A stretch of 64,000 nt of DNA from Candidatus Latescibacterota bacterium (GCA_965206595.1 OZ242214.1:1120001-1184000); one strand, 5' to 3'; shown: positions 41,583 to 52,260, counted from the first letter of the stretch. Numbers and translations are program-made. Notes: a model not told the origin generated them from the sequence alone.

Positions 41583-44500
41583 ATGAAGGTAGAGATGATG
41601 CCCGTACCAGTCAAGAATTCACCCTTCCGTTGCGCAGCTCTGTTTCTCCTGGGCTCGTTCGCCCTTTCCGGGTTGGCCTGTCAACCCGGGGGGCCGTCCC
41701 CAGCGCGCCTGCAGGCGCGCTGGCACAACAATCAGGGGGTCGTCTACATGGACCAGCACAACTACGTGCGCGGCCGCGAGCAGTTCGACGCCGCGGCCGC
41801 GGCGGACCCCTCGTACGCGCTGGCCCGTTCCAACCTCGGGATCGCCCTTTTCAGCCTGGGCAAGTACGACTCCGCCCTGGTGACGCTAGACGAAGCCCTG
41901 GACCGCGACCCGGACCTGCTGCACGCCCACTACACCCGCGGGCTGATCTTCCACGCCCAGGGCAAGGAGCACGAGGCGGCGCTGGCCGCCTTCGAAGCGG
42001 TAGCCGCAGCCGACGACGACGATCCGCTGGTGCACTACTACCTCGGGCGCGCCCTGGGGAAACTGGAGCGCGGGGGCGAGGCGGTAGCGGAGTTCGAGCG
42101 CGCCATCGAGCTCGACCCTGCCAGCGTCTCCGCCCACTACGCACTCGCCCATCAGTTCCGGTTGCAGCAGCGCACCGCGGAGTGGCGCCGGACGCTGGAG
42201 AAATTCGACCAGCTCAGCCGCGCCGGACACGAGGGAGTCAGCTCCTCCTACCTGGGCCAGGGGAAGTACGCCGAAGCGCTCGCGGACGGCAGCTACGCAG
42301 GCGAGGCGCGCGCGGCGCCGGCCGCGGCGATCTCCTTCGAGCTCCGCCAGGAGGCTTCCGCGGGGGAGCCGCCGCTGGCCGCCGCCGCGGTCCCGGGGAT
42401 CGAGGGCGGGGACAGGCCCGGCCTGGTGGCCGCTACCGCGGCGGGGATTCGCCTGTGGTCGGGGAGTGACGGGAAGGGGTTGGGCGCGGACGAACGCTGG
42501 AGCTTCCCGGTAGCGGTGGAGGATGCCCGCGACCTCGCCTTCGGAGATTTCGACGGCGACGGCGACCCGGACATGGTCGTCAGCGCCGCAGCCAGCCATG
42601 CTGCCGTCAACGAGGGCGGACGCTTCGGGAAATCGATCCCCCTCGGCGGGGCTTCCTCGCGGTCGGTTCCCGCCGACGTCGACCACGACGGCGACCTCGA
42701 CCTGCTGCAGGCAGGGCCCGGAGGCAAGCGCCTGCTGAGCAACGACGGCAGCGCCGCCTTCACCGACATCACGAAAACGGCAGGGGTAGGGGACGGTCCC
42801 GGACGGGAGGCGGTTTTCTCCGATTTCGACAACGACCGGGACGTCGACTTCCTCGTCCTTTCAGCCGGCGGGAAGGTCGAGCTGTACGAGAACAACCGCG
42901 ACGGCACCTTCTCCGACCGCGCCGCCGACCGCGGCCTCGGCCTGCTCTCCGAAAACGGCAGCGCCATCGCGGATATCTGCGTCGGCGACCTGTCTCCGGA
43001 CGGGCGCATGGATATTGCCTCGATCTCGCCGGGGGGAGAGGTCCGCACCTATCAAAACCGGGATGGACGCCGGGGTTTCGAGGGCAAGGATACCGGAAAT
43101 GTCGGTCTGGAAGAGGCCCGCGGCATCCGCGCCGCGGACGTCGACAACGACGGCGACCTCGACCTCGTCGCCTTCGGAAAGGGCGGAATCCGTTTCCTGC
43201 AGCGCACCGGCGGCGGCTTCCGGCCGAGCGCTGCAGCGCTGCGCGCGGGGGAGGCGGCCGGGCTGGTGCTGCTCGAGGATTTCGACGGCGACGGCGACAT
43301 CGACCTCTGGTCCGACGGGGAGCTGCACGCCAACACCACCACGGGCGGCAGCTGGGTCCGCATCGGGCTCAGCGGCCTGAACAGCAACCTCGACGGGTTC
43401 GGCGCCAAGGTGGAGGTCAAGACCCGCAGTCACCAGCAGAAGCGGGAGCTGCGCGGCGGCAGCCGCTCCCCCTCGAGTCTCACCTTCGGCCTAGGAGCGG
43501 CCGACTCGGTCGAATTCGTCCGCATCCTGTGGCCGAGCGGGGTCCGGCAGACGGAGCTGGCGACCGCGGCGCGGCAGCGCCTCGACCTCGTAGAGCTCAA
43601 CCGCAAGGGGACCTCGTGCCCCATCCTCTACGCCTGGGACGGAAGCCGCTTCCGTTTCGTGACCGACTTTCTCGGGGGGGGCATCATCGGGTACCTCACG
43701 GCGCCGGGCGAGTACTACACCCCCGACCACGACGAGTACGTGCGCATCGGCGAGCTGGCCCCGAAGGAGGGGCGCTACGTCCTGCAGGCGGCCAACCAGC
43801 TCGAGGAGATCATCTACCTCGACGCCGCCGAGCTGATCGCCGTCGACCATCCCCCCGGGCTCGAAGTGCACCCGAACGAGCGCCTCCTGTCGGCGCCTCC
43901 GTACCCGCAGTTCGAGGCCTGCGCCCTCGCCGGACTGCGGCCGCCCGCGTCGGCCCATGACGACCGCGGCAACGACATCCTCGGGCAGCTCGAGCAGGTC
44001 GACGACGACTGGTACGACGGTTTCGAGCGCCTGCGCATACACGGGTACGCGCGCGAGTACTCGCTGATCCTCGACCTCGGCGATCTGTCGGGAATGAAGC
44101 GCCCGGCGCTGCTGGTCCACGGCTGGGTCGACTACGCCCACTCGACCTCGAACTGGGCCGCTGCGCAGGCGCGGCTGCAGCTCTCCTCGCCGCGGCTGGA
44201 GATTCCCGACGGCGCCGGAGGCTGGCGCACGGCCATCGCCGACCTGGGTGTGCCCGCGGGACTGCCGAAGCGGATGCTCGTCGACCTCTCCGGATCCCTG
44301 CCGGCCGGGGTCCGGCAGGTGCGTATCACCACTACGGCAGCCGTCTACTTCGACCAGATCCTCATCGGGGATATCGCCCAGGCCGGCGTTACCGTTCACC
44401 GCCGGAGATTCGAGGCCGCGGACCTGCACTGGCGCGGCTACCCGGAACACACCTCGATCAAGGGGACGTTCGCCTTCCGCTACGACTACGACCGCCTCGA

Positions 44501-44867
44501 TCCCTACACCGACTGGGGCACCCACGCCGGTGCCTTTACCCGGTTCGGCCCGGTGTCCGACCTGCTCCGGGAGGTGGACGACCGCTTCGTCATCATGTCT
44601 CACGGGGACGAGCTGACCATGGAAGTCGCCGCCGCCGCCTTTCCGCCGCTGGCCGAGGGCATGAGCAGGACCTTCCTGTTCTACTCGGACGGCTTCGGCA
44701 AGGACATGGACTTTCACAGCGCCGCCTCCCTCACGGTGGAACCGCTTCCGTTTCACGGCATGAGCAGGTACCCGTACCCGGCAACCGAATCCTACCCGAC
44801 GAGCCCGGAACACCTCGAGTACGTGCTGGAGTACAACACCCGCCGCGTCGCCGGCTACTACGAATAG
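41583..44867 (+). CDS. TPR + FG-GAP repeat + ASPIC/UnbV (CRTAC1-like) lipoprotein
   Basis: LAC lipobox; N-terminal TPRs; repeated DxDxDGDxDL; SNLDGFGAKVEV...FGLG...VRILWPSG; SCPILYAWDG C-domain. Confidence 0.85.
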   Translation: MKVEMMPVPVKNSPFRCAALFLLGSFALSGLACQPGGPSPARLQARWHNNQGVVYMDQHNYVRGREQFDAAAAADPSYALARSNLGIALFSLGKYDSALVTLDEALDRDPDLLHAHYTRGLIFHAQGKEHEAALAAFEAVAAADDDDPLVHYYLGRALGKLERGGEAVAEFERAIELDPASVSAHYALAHQFRLQQRTAEWRRTLEKFDQLSRAGHEGVSSSYLGQGKYAEALADGSYAGEARAAPAAAISFELRQEASAGEPPLAAAAVPGIEGGDRPGLVAATAAGIRLWSGSDGKGLGADERWSFPVAVEDARDLAFGDFDGDGDPDMVVSAAASHAAVNEGGRFGKSIPLGGASSRSVPADVDHDGDLDLLQAGPGGKRLLSNDGSAAFTDITKTAGVGDGPGREAVFSDFDNDRDVDFLVLSAGGKVELYENNRDGTFSDRAADRGLGLLSENGSAIADICVGDLSPDGRMDIASISPGGEVRTYQNRDGRRGFEGKDTGNVGLEEARGIRAADVDNDGDLDLVAFGKGGIRFLQRTGGGFRPSAAALRAGEAAGLVLLEDFDGDGDIDLWSDGELHANTTTGGSWVRIGLSGLNSNLDGFGAKVEVKTRSHQQKRELRGGSRSPSSLTFGLGAADSVEFVRILWPSGVRQTELATAARQRLDLVELNRKGTSCPILYAWDGSRFRFVTDFLGGGIIGYLTAPGEYYTPDHDEYVRIGELAPKEGRYVLQAANQLEEIIYLDAAELIAVDHPPGLEVHPNERLLSAPPYPQFEACALAGLRPPASAHDDRGNDILGQLEQVDDDWYDGFERLRIHGYAREYSLILDLGDLSGMKRPALLVHGWVDYAHSTSNWAAAQARLQLSSPRLEIPDGAGGWRTAIADLGVPAGLPKRMLVDLSGSLPAGVRQVRITTTAAVYFDQILIGDIAQAGVTVHRRRFEAADLHWRGYPEHTSIKGTFAFRYDYDRLDPYTDWGTHAGAFTRFGPVSDLLREVDDRFVIMSHGDELTMEVAAAAFPPLAEGMSRTFLFYSDGFGKDMDFHSAASLTVEPLPFHGMSRYPYPATESYPTSPEHLEYVLEYNTRRVAGYYE

Positions 44868-44894
44868 CCTGCCCGCCAGGAGAGATCCGGCCGG

Positions 44895-46988
44895 ATGCTG
44901 AAGACCCTGCTGCTGACCGCACTCGCCTGCATGGGAGTGTACGGAGCGTCCATGGTGGTCGCCGTCAACCTGTTCGACGACGACCTTCCCGCTATCGACG
45001 AGCTCGAGCGATTTCAACCCAAGCGGATTACCAAGGTCTTCTCCGCCGACGGCAAGCACCTGCACAATTTCCTCGAGGAGAACCGCGAGCTGCTCAAGGG
45101 GTACGAGGAGATTCCGAAGGCGATGGAGGAGGCCCTGATCGCCATCGAGGACCGCCGTTTCTACTCGCACTGGGGCATCGACCTGCGGCGGATCTTCGGG
45201 GCCGTGTACGCCAACATCGTCTCGCTCGATCCCACCGCGGAAGGGGCGAGCACCCTGACGCAGCAACTGGCGCGCAACCTCTACCGGCAGGTCGGCCGCC
45301 AGAGCGGCAGCGGCACCTTCGACCAGGTGATGGCGACCTACGCGCGCAAGATCCGCGAGCAGATCACCGCGGTCCACGTCGAGCGCCTCTACACCAAGCG
45401 CGAGATCCTGACGATGTACCTCAACACCGTCTTCTTCGGACACGACGCGCACGGCCTGAAGTCCGCGGCGCGCCTCTATTTCGACAAGGAACCGCCGCAG
45501 CTGGCGGTCGAGGAGTGCGCCCTCCTCGCCGGGCTGCTCAAGGCCCCCAACTACTACAGCCCCATGGTCGATCCCGAGCGCGCCGCCCGGCGCCGCAACG
45601 AGGTGCTCTCGCAGATGGTGCGCGCCGGCACCCTGGCCGAGGCGGATTACCTGCGGCTGCAGAAGCAGCCGGTGGAGGTACGCAAACGGCAGCGGGCCGA
45701 GACCTACGGCCTCGCCCCGTACTTCGTCGAGCACGTGCGCCAGCAGCTCAACCGCGAGTACGGCCTCTCCCTGTACCGCGACGGGTTCAAGGTGTACACC
45801 ACCCTCGATTCGCGGCTGCAACAGATAGCCGAAACCCTGTTCGACGTCGAGATCGGCAAGGTTCAGGAGAGGGTCGACAAGTTCATGGCCTCCCAGACCC
45901 ACGGAACGCCGGATTCGGCGCTGGTCCAGGCCGCCTTCGTAGCCCTGGATCCCTCCACCGGGCACGTTCTGGCCATGATCGGCGGCCGCGACTTCAGCGA
46001 AAGCGAGTTCAACAGGGCGACCCAGGCCCTGCGGCAGGCCGGCTCCTCCTTCAAGCCGTTCGTCTACACCGCGGCCTTCGACAACGGGATCTTCCCCATC
46101 GACGTGTACGAGGACAACGCCATCACCATCGTCGATCCGGTTACCGGGAAGGTCTGGGATCCCGAGAACTACGACCACAAGTTCAAGGGACCGATGACGC
46201 TGCGCGACGCCTTCAAGCAGTCGCGCAACCTCGTGGCCCTGAAGCTGGCGATCGAGGTAGGTCCCGAGCGGGTCGTCCAGTACGCACACAACATGGGGAT
46301 CACGGCGCCGCTCCGCCCCTTCGCGTCGATCGGCGTCGGCACCAGCGAAGTCCATCTTCTCGAGCTGGTCGCCGCTTACGGCGTGTTCCCCAACAAGGGG
46401 GTGCTCGTGCCACCTGTGGTTGTCGAGCGCATCGAGGACTCCGAAGGCAACGTGGTGTTCGAGCCCTCGGTGATCCCCAAGGAGGTCCTGCGCCCCTCGG
46501 CAGCGGTGCTGATGACGGACCTGATGCGGTCGGTGATGGACGAGGTGGGCGGAACCGGCCGGGGAGCGCGGACTCGCTACGGCTTTCACTCGCCGGCGGG
46601 GGGCAAGACCGGAACCACCAACGAGTACGCCGATGCCTGGTTCATCGGCTTCACCCCGCATCTCGTCGCCGGGGTATGGGTGGGGCTGGACGACCCAGCC
46701 CAGACTCTAGGGCGGCAGCCGGGATCGCGCGCCGCGCTCCCTTTGTGGGCCTACTTCATGAAGGAGGTGTACGACACCATCCCCGAATACCAGAAGCGCC
46801 GCCGGCAGGACTTCGACTACCCGCAGGGGCTGGTCACCTCCCTGCCGGTCTGCGAGGACAGCCACAATCTGGCGACCCGATACTGCCCCAGGAAGTCGGA
46901 GGACCTGTTCATCGCCGATGGGGTCTTGCCCGAGCCCTGTCCCCTGCATGGAGGATCCGGGGGCCGGAAGCGGGACCAGAGGTTCTGA
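44895..46988 (+). CDS. Class A penicillin-binding protein (PBP1A family)
   Basis: EDRRFYSH, GASTLTQQLARN, RKIRE transglycosylase; SSFK, SRN, KTGT transpeptidase. Confidence 0.94.
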   Translation: MLKTLLLTALACMGVYGASMVVAVNLFDDDLPAIDELERFQPKRITKVFSADGKHLHNFLEENRELLKGYEEIPKAMEEALIAIEDRRFYSHWGIDLRRIFGAVYANIVSLDPTAEGASTLTQQLARNLYRQVGRQSGSGTFDQVMATYARKIREQITAVHVERLYTKREILTMYLNTVFFGHDAHGLKSAARLYFDKEPPQLAVEECALLAGLLKAPNYYSPMVDPERAARRRNEVLSQMVRAGTLAEADYLRLQKQPVEVRKRQRAETYGLAPYFVEHVRQQLNREYGLSLYRDGFKVYTTLDSRLQQIAETLFDVEIGKVQERVDKFMASQTHGTPDSALVQAAFVALDPSTGHVLAMIGGRDFSESEFNRATQALRQAGSSFKPFVYTAAFDNGIFPIDVYEDNAITIVDPVTGKVWDPENYDHKFKGPMTLRDAFKQSRNLVALKLAIEVGPERVVQYAHNMGITAPLRPFASIGVGTSEVHLLELVAAYGVFPNKGVLVPPVVVERIEDSEGNVVFEPSVIPKEVLRPSAAVLMTDLMRSVMDEVGGTGRGARTRYGFHSPAGGKTGTTNEYADAWFIGFTPHLVAGVWVGLDDPAQTLGRQPGSRAALPLWAYFMKEVYDTIPEYQKRRRQDFDYPQGLVTSLPVCEDSHNLATRYCPRKSEDLFIADGVLPEPCPLHGGSGGRKRDQRF

Positions 46989-47088
46989 GCATGCCCGGAC
47001 TGGCACGGCCGACCTCGGGGGCGGCGGCTGTTCGGAACCATCGACTCCCCCCTTCCCGTAACCCTCTTGGCACAACGGGAGACTTTCG

Positions 47089-47787
47089 ATGCCGCAACTG
47101 AGCGGCGAGAAACTCGCCGAAGAGCTGCGGGTGCTCTACGATCAGGTGCCGGCGACCTGCTGCGCCAACTCAGGGGAGTGCTGCTCGCTGACGGAGAAGG
47201 AGATGGAGGAGGGGTACGCGACGATGTTCCCGCTCTACCGCGCCGAGTACCTCAACATCGTCCGCTGGGTGACCGAGAATTTTTCCGAGGAGAGGCGGAA
47301 GGAGCTGCTGGCGGTGACCGAGGAGCGGCCGCGGCGCTGCCCCTTCCTCGCGGCGGACAACCGCTGCTCCATCTACCCGGTGCGGCCGCTGATCTGCCGC
47401 ACCTACGCGGTGATGACTCCCGCTACCATTGCCGAGGCGGTCGAGCGCCATGAGGGGGAAGTACCGGAGCGCTGGATCAGGAGTTTCGCGATCCGGGAGG
47501 GCGGCATGGTCTGCCCGCGGGTCATGGTTACGCAACCGGAAAAGCTCGTGCGCCACGCGCACAACCTGATCGCCTCGGCTTACGAGCGCGCTCTCGTCCG
47601 CCTCGGCCGGAATATCGATCTGGTGGAAGGGGAGCAGCGTCAGAAGCTGATCCGCCGACTGATCGGACGCCGGCTTCCGGAGCGCTGGACCTGGGGCGGT
47701 TTCAACGCCCTGCGCTTCCCTCCTCTCGAATGGATCCGGACCAGCTTGGGGAAATACTGGAACAAGGCGGAGTTCCGCGAGCCCTGA
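47089..47787 (+). CDS. YkgJ family cysteine-cluster protein
   Basis: CANSGECC and CPFL....CSIYPVRPLICRTY. Confidence 0.8.
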   Translation: MPQLSGEKLAEELRVLYDQVPATCCANSGECCSLTEKEMEEGYATMFPLYRAEYLNIVRWVTENFSEERRKELLAVTEERPRRCPFLAADNRCSIYPVRPLICRTYAVMTPATIAEAVERHEGEVPERWIRSFAIREGGMVCPRVMVTQPEKLVRHAHNLIASAYERALVRLGRNIDLVEGEQRQKLIRRLIGRRLPERWTWGGFNALRFPPLEWIRTSLGKYWNKAEFREP

Positions 47788-47916
47788 GATTCAGCACGCG
47801 GGAAGGGGCGACCTCGATTCCGTGAGGTCATCGCCGATTTCTTCCGGCCCCGGGGGACGAAGCGGCACTGGTGAGCGCCTCGGGTGACAGTGTTCCCGGC
47901 GATCGGTCCCGGGAAG

Positions 47917-48765
47917 TTACGAGGCGACCAGGGAGCGCAGCACCCGCAGGTTCTCGACGTCCTCGGCGAGGTCCTCCCCCTTCGGGGTCTCGATGATCAC
48001 CGGGATATCCTGCAGGCGCTCGTCGTTGACGACGTTGCGGAACCCCCCTAGGCCGATCTCCCCTTTCCCGATGTGCTCGTGGCGGTCGACGCGGGAACCC
48101 AGCCCCCTCTTGCTGTCGTTGGCGTGGATTATCCTCAACCGCTCGAAGCCGAGGATTCCGTCGAACTGCGTCATGGTCGCGGCGTACTCCTCCGCATCGG
48201 CGAGGGGATACCCGGCGGCGAACAGGTGGCAGGTGTCGATACATGCGCCCATCTGCTCGCCGTTGTCGACGCGGTCGATGATGAAAGCGAGCTGCTCGAA
48301 GCGGTGTCCGAGATTGGAGCCCTGCCCGGCGGTGGCTTCCAGGCACAGGCAGACCTCGTTGCCCGGCACCTCGTCAAAGATGCGGTTGAGGTTGGCGGCG
48401 ATGCGTTCGAGGCCTGCCTCGACCCCGGAACCGACGTGGGAGCCCGGGTGAAAGACGAGGTTGGGAATGCGCAGGAGGTTGCAGCGTTCCACTTCGGTGA
48501 CGAAGGAGGCCAGCGACTTCTCCTCGAGCCCGGGATCGGGTGAAGCGAGGTTGATGAGATAGCTGTTGTGGGAGCAGGCGACCCCGATTTCGGTGGTCGC
48601 GATCGCTTCGAGGAACTGGTCGATCTCCGCGGCGGCCAGCTTCTTTGCCCGCCACTGGTTGTTCGACTTGTTGAAGATCTGGACGGTGTCGCAGGTCGCC
48701 TCCCGGCCGCGCTCGATGGCGTTGAAAACCCCTCCTGAGATCGATTGGTGGGCGCCGAAAAGCAT
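47917..48765 (-). CDS. nfo: Endonuclease IV
   Basis: GAHQSISGG, HNSYLINLAS, FHPGS, EATAGQG, DTCHLFAAG, HANDSK, DRHEHIG, IETP. Confidence 0.96.
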   Translation of the reverse strand: MLFGAHQSISGGVFNAIERGREATCDTVQIFNKSNNQWRAKKLAAAEIDQFLEAIATTEIGVACSHNSYLINLASPDPGLEEKSLASFVTEVERCNLLRIPNLVFHPGSHVGSGVEAGLERIAANLNRIFDEVPGNEVCLCLEATAGQGSNLGHRFEQLAFIIDRVDNGEQMGACIDTCHLFAAGYPLADAEEYAATMTQFDGILGFERLRIIHANDSKRGLGSRVDRHEHIGKGEIGLGGFRNVVNDERLQDIPVIIETPKGEDLAEDVENLRVLRSLVAS

Positions 48766-48767
48766 GG

Positions 48768-49220
48768 TCAGAAAGGCTTGAGGACGGCGAGGAGGACGAT
48801 AGCGATCATCAGCACGGTCGGGATCTCGTTGAAGACCCGGTAGAACTTCTGCGTCTTCCTGTTCTGCCGGCGCTCGAAATCCTTGCGGTAGCGCGCCATC
48901 ATGCCGTGCAGCGCCCCCAATCCGAGGACGAGCAGGAGCTTCAGGTGCATCCAGGCTCCGGTGCCCGGAGCGCCGGCGCCGGTGGCGGCGATCAGCAGGA
49001 TTCCCGTGACGAAAACGGCGATTCCCGACGGGTTGATGATGACCCGGAGCAGGCGGCGCTCCATGGTCTCGAAGGTGCGGTAGGCGTCGGAGTCGACGGC
49101 TACCCCGGTGTGGTAGACGAACAACCGCGGCAGGTAGAGCAGTCCCGCCATCCAGGCGATCATCGAGATGAGGTGGATCGCCTTGAGCCAGAGGTACCAG
49201 GGAACCAGGATCTCGATCAC
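48768..49220 (-). CDS. hemJ: Protoporphyrinogen oxidase HemJ
   Basis: YLWLKAIHLISMIAWMAGLLYLPRLFVYH, MERRL, W.H.KL, FNEIPT, KPF. Confidence 0.95.
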   Translation of the reverse strand: MIEILVPWYLWLKAIHLISMIAWMAGLLYLPRLFVYHTGVAVDSDAYRTFETMERRLLRVIINPSGIAVFVTGILLIAATGAGAPGTGAWMHLKLLLVLGLGALHGMMARYRKDFERRQNRKTQKFYRVFNEIPTVLMIAIVLLAVLKPF

Positions 49221-49621
49221 GTCGTTCCCACCACCGCGACCGCCTCGACCTCGACCAGGAGCCCGGGGACCACCAGTTGCGGGGACATCACCGTGGCGCT
49301 CGCCGGCAGACGGCCGGGGAAGGCCGCGGCGCGGGCGTCGTTGTACTCGCCGTAGCGCCCCATGTCCGTCAGCCAGGCGGTGATTTTGACAACGTCAGCC
49401 AGGGTGGCCCCTGCGACGGCGAGCACCGCGGCGATGTTGGCGAAGACCTGGTCGGCCTGGGCGCGCATGCTGTCGCCGCCGACAATGCTGCCCTCGGGGT
49501 CGAACGCCACCTGCCCGGAGACCCAGATCGTATCTCCCACCTGGACCCCCAGGTCGTGACTGAGGTTTGCGGCCCAGGTCCAGCCGGGTGGACGCAACGA
49601 GATTCTTGCAGCCATGTTCAC
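49217..49621 (-). CDS. RidA/YjgF family protein
   Basis: VSGQV, DVVKIT, PASATV, LVEVEAVA. Confidence 0.9.
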   Translation of the reverse strand: MNMAARISLRPPGWTWAANLSHDLGVQVGDTIWVSGQVAFDPEGSIVGGDSMRAQADQVFANIAAVLAVAGATLADVVKITAWLTDMGRYGEYNDARAAAFPGRLPASATVMSPQLVVPGLLVEVEAVAVVGTT

Positions 49622-49696
49622 TCACTCCATTGGAAACACCGGCGGCATCAAGGCGCCGCCCGAGCCGGACAACCCCTCCGGGAACGCCGCCCAGTT

Positions 49697-49754
49697 ATCA
49701 TTCACAATGCCGGCAGCGCTGTCAATTGACCCCGCCGCAGCGGCGGTATAGGTT
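49697..49754. promoter_or_regulatory. Putative back-to-back sigma70 promoters (ridA-hemJ-nfo versus enolase-family gene)
   Basis: TGTCAATTGACC gives minus-strand TTGACA-N17-AATGAT and plus-strand TTGACC-N17-TAGGTT. Confidence 0.45.
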
Positions 49755-49809
49755 GGCCGCAACTGAGCGACTTATCCTCACGACGAATGTCCATCCCGAG
49801 CTGACCGCC

Positions 49810-51033
49810 ATGTTGATCAAGGACGTCAAGTTCTACGTACAGCCGGACGGCACCCGCCGCCGCAGCGCCGCGAACGGCGGCATGGGGACGCTTGAGAAGG
49901 TTCCCCCCGGCCTCTCCGGCCTGTTCACCCACTCCGCCGGTTTCCGCGACGGTTCGATCCGCATCGACGAAAACCTGATCGATCCCGGCGCCCTCTGCCT
50001 TGAGTACGCCGCCGCGGAGGAAAGCCCCCACTTCAAGTCGACCATCCGCCTGGTCACCGACGGCGGCTTCGACGCCTGCGCCAATTTCGGCGGCGGCTTC
50101 CACGCCGATGACCTCGAGTGGGCGGCCAAGGAGTTCAAGGTCAGGCTGGCGCCGATGCTGCTCGGGGTCGACGCCTTCGACCGCGAGTTCATCTGGCAGC
50201 GGCTGTGGTACGCGCAGCGCTTCTTCTACACCGGCCGCGGCTTCGTCGACATGGTCGACCGCATGCTCTGGGACCTGGCGAGCCGCTACGCCTGCATGCC
50301 GATCTACAAACTGTTGGGGGCCTCCCGGGAGCGGGTGCCGGCGTACCGCAACATCGGTGGGGACACCATCGACGCACTGGTCGCGAGCGCCCTCAAGGTC
50401 AAGGAAGACGGCTTCGTCGGCTGCAAGGACCACTCCTACCGCGGCGTCAAGGGGAACACGCAGCTCGGAACCGAGCTGCGCCGGGCCCTGGGGGACGGCT
50501 TCATCCTCCTACATGATCCAGTAGAATCCTACACCTGCATGGAGGCGATCCGGATCGGGCGCGAGCTCGAGAAGCTCAACTACACCTGGATCGAAGAGCC
50601 GCTGCAGGATTACGACATCCTGGGGTTGAAGAAGCTGTGCGACGCCCTCGACCTGCCGGTTCTGACCCTGGAGTGGATCGGCGCCATCGGCGGCCAGCCG
50701 TTCAACACCGCTCCCTACCTCGCCCTGGGAGCCGCCGACATCGTGCGCCAGCGCGGGGTCGGCATCACCGGATCGGTGAAGCAGGCGCAGCTCGCCGAGA
50801 GCTTCGGCGCCCAGGTTCACGGCGGCGATCCGCACACCATCCTCGCCAACAGCAACGATCCGATTTTCGAGGCGGCAGGAGGCGGTCTTTCCCCTCGCCC
50901 CCCGGACGAGGCGCTCGACTGCCGGGGCACCACGGTCGTCGAGAACGGCTACATGTCGATCGCCTGGAAACCGGTGCGGCCCGCGGAACCGGACTGGGAC
51001 GAAATCGAGCGCACCTCGGTCGCCGTCGTTTAG
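49810..51033 (+). CDS. Enolase superfamily, mandelate racemase-like protein
   Basis: LLGVDAFDREFIWQRL, DRMLWDL..R...PIYKLLG, metal ligands in LHDP / WIEEP / TLEW. Confidence 0.82.
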   Translation: MLIKDVKFYVQPDGTRRRSAANGGMGTLEKVPPGLSGLFTHSAGFRDGSIRIDENLIDPGALCLEYAAAEESPHFKSTIRLVTDGGFDACANFGGGFHADDLEWAAKEFKVRLAPMLLGVDAFDREFIWQRLWYAQRFFYTGRGFVDMVDRMLWDLASRYACMPIYKLLGASRERVPAYRNIGGDTIDALVASALKVKEDGFVGCKDHSYRGVKGNTQLGTELRRALGDGFILLHDPVESYTCMEAIRIGRELEKLNYTWIEEPLQDYDILGLKKLCDALDLPVLTLEWIGAIGGQPFNTAPYLALGAADIVRQRGVGITGSVKQAQLAESFGAQVHGGDPHTILANSNDPIFEAAGGGLSPRPPDEALDCRGTTVVENGYMSIAWKPVRPAEPDWDEIERTSVAVV

Positions 51034-51039
51034 TAGCAG

Positions 51040-52260
51040 TCAGGCGGGAGGCGGGGTGCGCTCCTCGCCGCCCCGGATGCCGACGCTGTCCCCCATCTCG
51101 CGATAGTCGACCCCGGAACGGCCGTTCCAGTCCCACATCACCTCGCCGTCCTTCAGGGTCAGCTCGCAGACCAGGCGCCGGTCCCCCTCGTAGCGGCCAT
51201 CGAACGAGTCGAGATATCCGAACGAGCCCTCGAGCAGCTTGAGCACGGCGACGTCGGCAGCCGCTCCCACCGTCAGGTGGCCGTGCTCGGGGCGGCCGAT
51301 CACCCGGGCGGCATCGACCGTCGAAGCCTTGACCACGTCGTTGAGCGGCATCCCCATCACCAGGCATTTCGACATGGTGGTCGCCATGTCGAGCATGCCG
51401 ACGTTCATGCTCATCGTGTGCAGGTCGGTGGAGATCGAGTCGGGATAGAACCCCTGCTCGATGCAGGGAAGGGCGTTCGCCCAGACGAAGCTGCCGGCGC
51501 CGTGCCCCAGGTCGAACAGCACCCCGCGCTCGCGCGCCTGCCATAGGTAGGGGTAGAGGTTGCCGTCGGGGTCGCAGATCGGAATCGGCCCCCGGTACAT
51601 GTGGGTGCTGATGTCGCCGGGCCGCAGGCGCTCGCCGACCAGCTCGTAGTAGGGGCGGGTGCGCTGGAAGAAACCGAAGTCGACCATGACCGGGAGGTCG
51701 GCGCGCCGCCCCGCATCGAGGGTGCGGTCGACGGAGGTCCAGTCGGGACCGCGGTAGTGGGCGGTCTTGATGCCGACGACGATGTCGGCGTGCTCGCGTG
51801 CCGCGGCCGCGGTCCGCTCCGGATCCATGTCGGCGGCGTTCTGCTCGGTGCTGTCGGTGGCCATGCCGAGACCGGCGATGTTGACGAGGGCGTAGGCGCG
51901 GGTGTCGAAGCGGTCGATGACGCGGTGGCGGAAGTCGTCGAGGTTGCGCCAGCCGGACGATCCGGTGTCGGCCATGGTCGTCACCCCGGTGCGGAAGCCG
52001 AAGCCGTCCGGCAGGACGCTCCTGTCGCCCGCCCAGGCATCCCGGTTTCCCGGGGTGGCGTAGAGGTGGACGTGGATGTCGACGAGTCCGGGGGTCACGT
52101 AGAGGCCGGAGACGTCGATCGTTCGGCCGGCCTGCGAGGGGGGGATTCCGGCCTCGATCGCGGCGATCCTGCCGTCGGTGACGGCGACGTCGGCAGGGGT
52201 GTCGATGGAGTTTCCGGGGTCGATGACGTGGCCGCCGGTGAGCAGCAGGTCGAATGGCAT
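51040..52260 (-). CDS. Amidohydrolase/deacetylase family metallohydrolase (dihydroorotase-like)
   Basis: GGHVIDP, PGLVDIHVH, GIK, GDISTHMY, FDLGHGAGSF, SISTDLH; ATG at 52260. Confidence 0.87.
   Translation of the reverse strand: MPFDLLLTGGHVIDPGNSIDTPADVAVTDGRIAAIEAGIPPSQAGRTIDVSGLYVTPGLVDIHVHLYATPGNRDAWAGDRSVLPDGFGFRTGVTTMADTGSSGWRNLDDFRHRVIDRFDTRAYALVNIAGLGMATDSTEQNAADMDPERTAAAAREHADIVVGIKTAHYRGPDWTSVDRTLDAGRRADLPVMVDFGFFQRTRPYYELVGERLRPGDISTHMYRGPIPICDPDGNLYPYLWQARERGVLFDLGHGAGSFVWANALPCIEQGFYPDSISTDLHTMSMNVGMLDMATTMSKCLVMGMPLNDVVKASTVDAARVIGRPEHGHLTVGAAADVAVLKLLEGSFGYLDSFDGRYEGDRRLVCELTLKDGEVMWDWNGRSGVDYREMGDSVGIRGGEERTPPPA

Noticed and set aside
43491-46661. 1056-aa minus-strand ORF
   Set aside because: Antisense shadow of the ASPIC/UnbV and PBP1A genes
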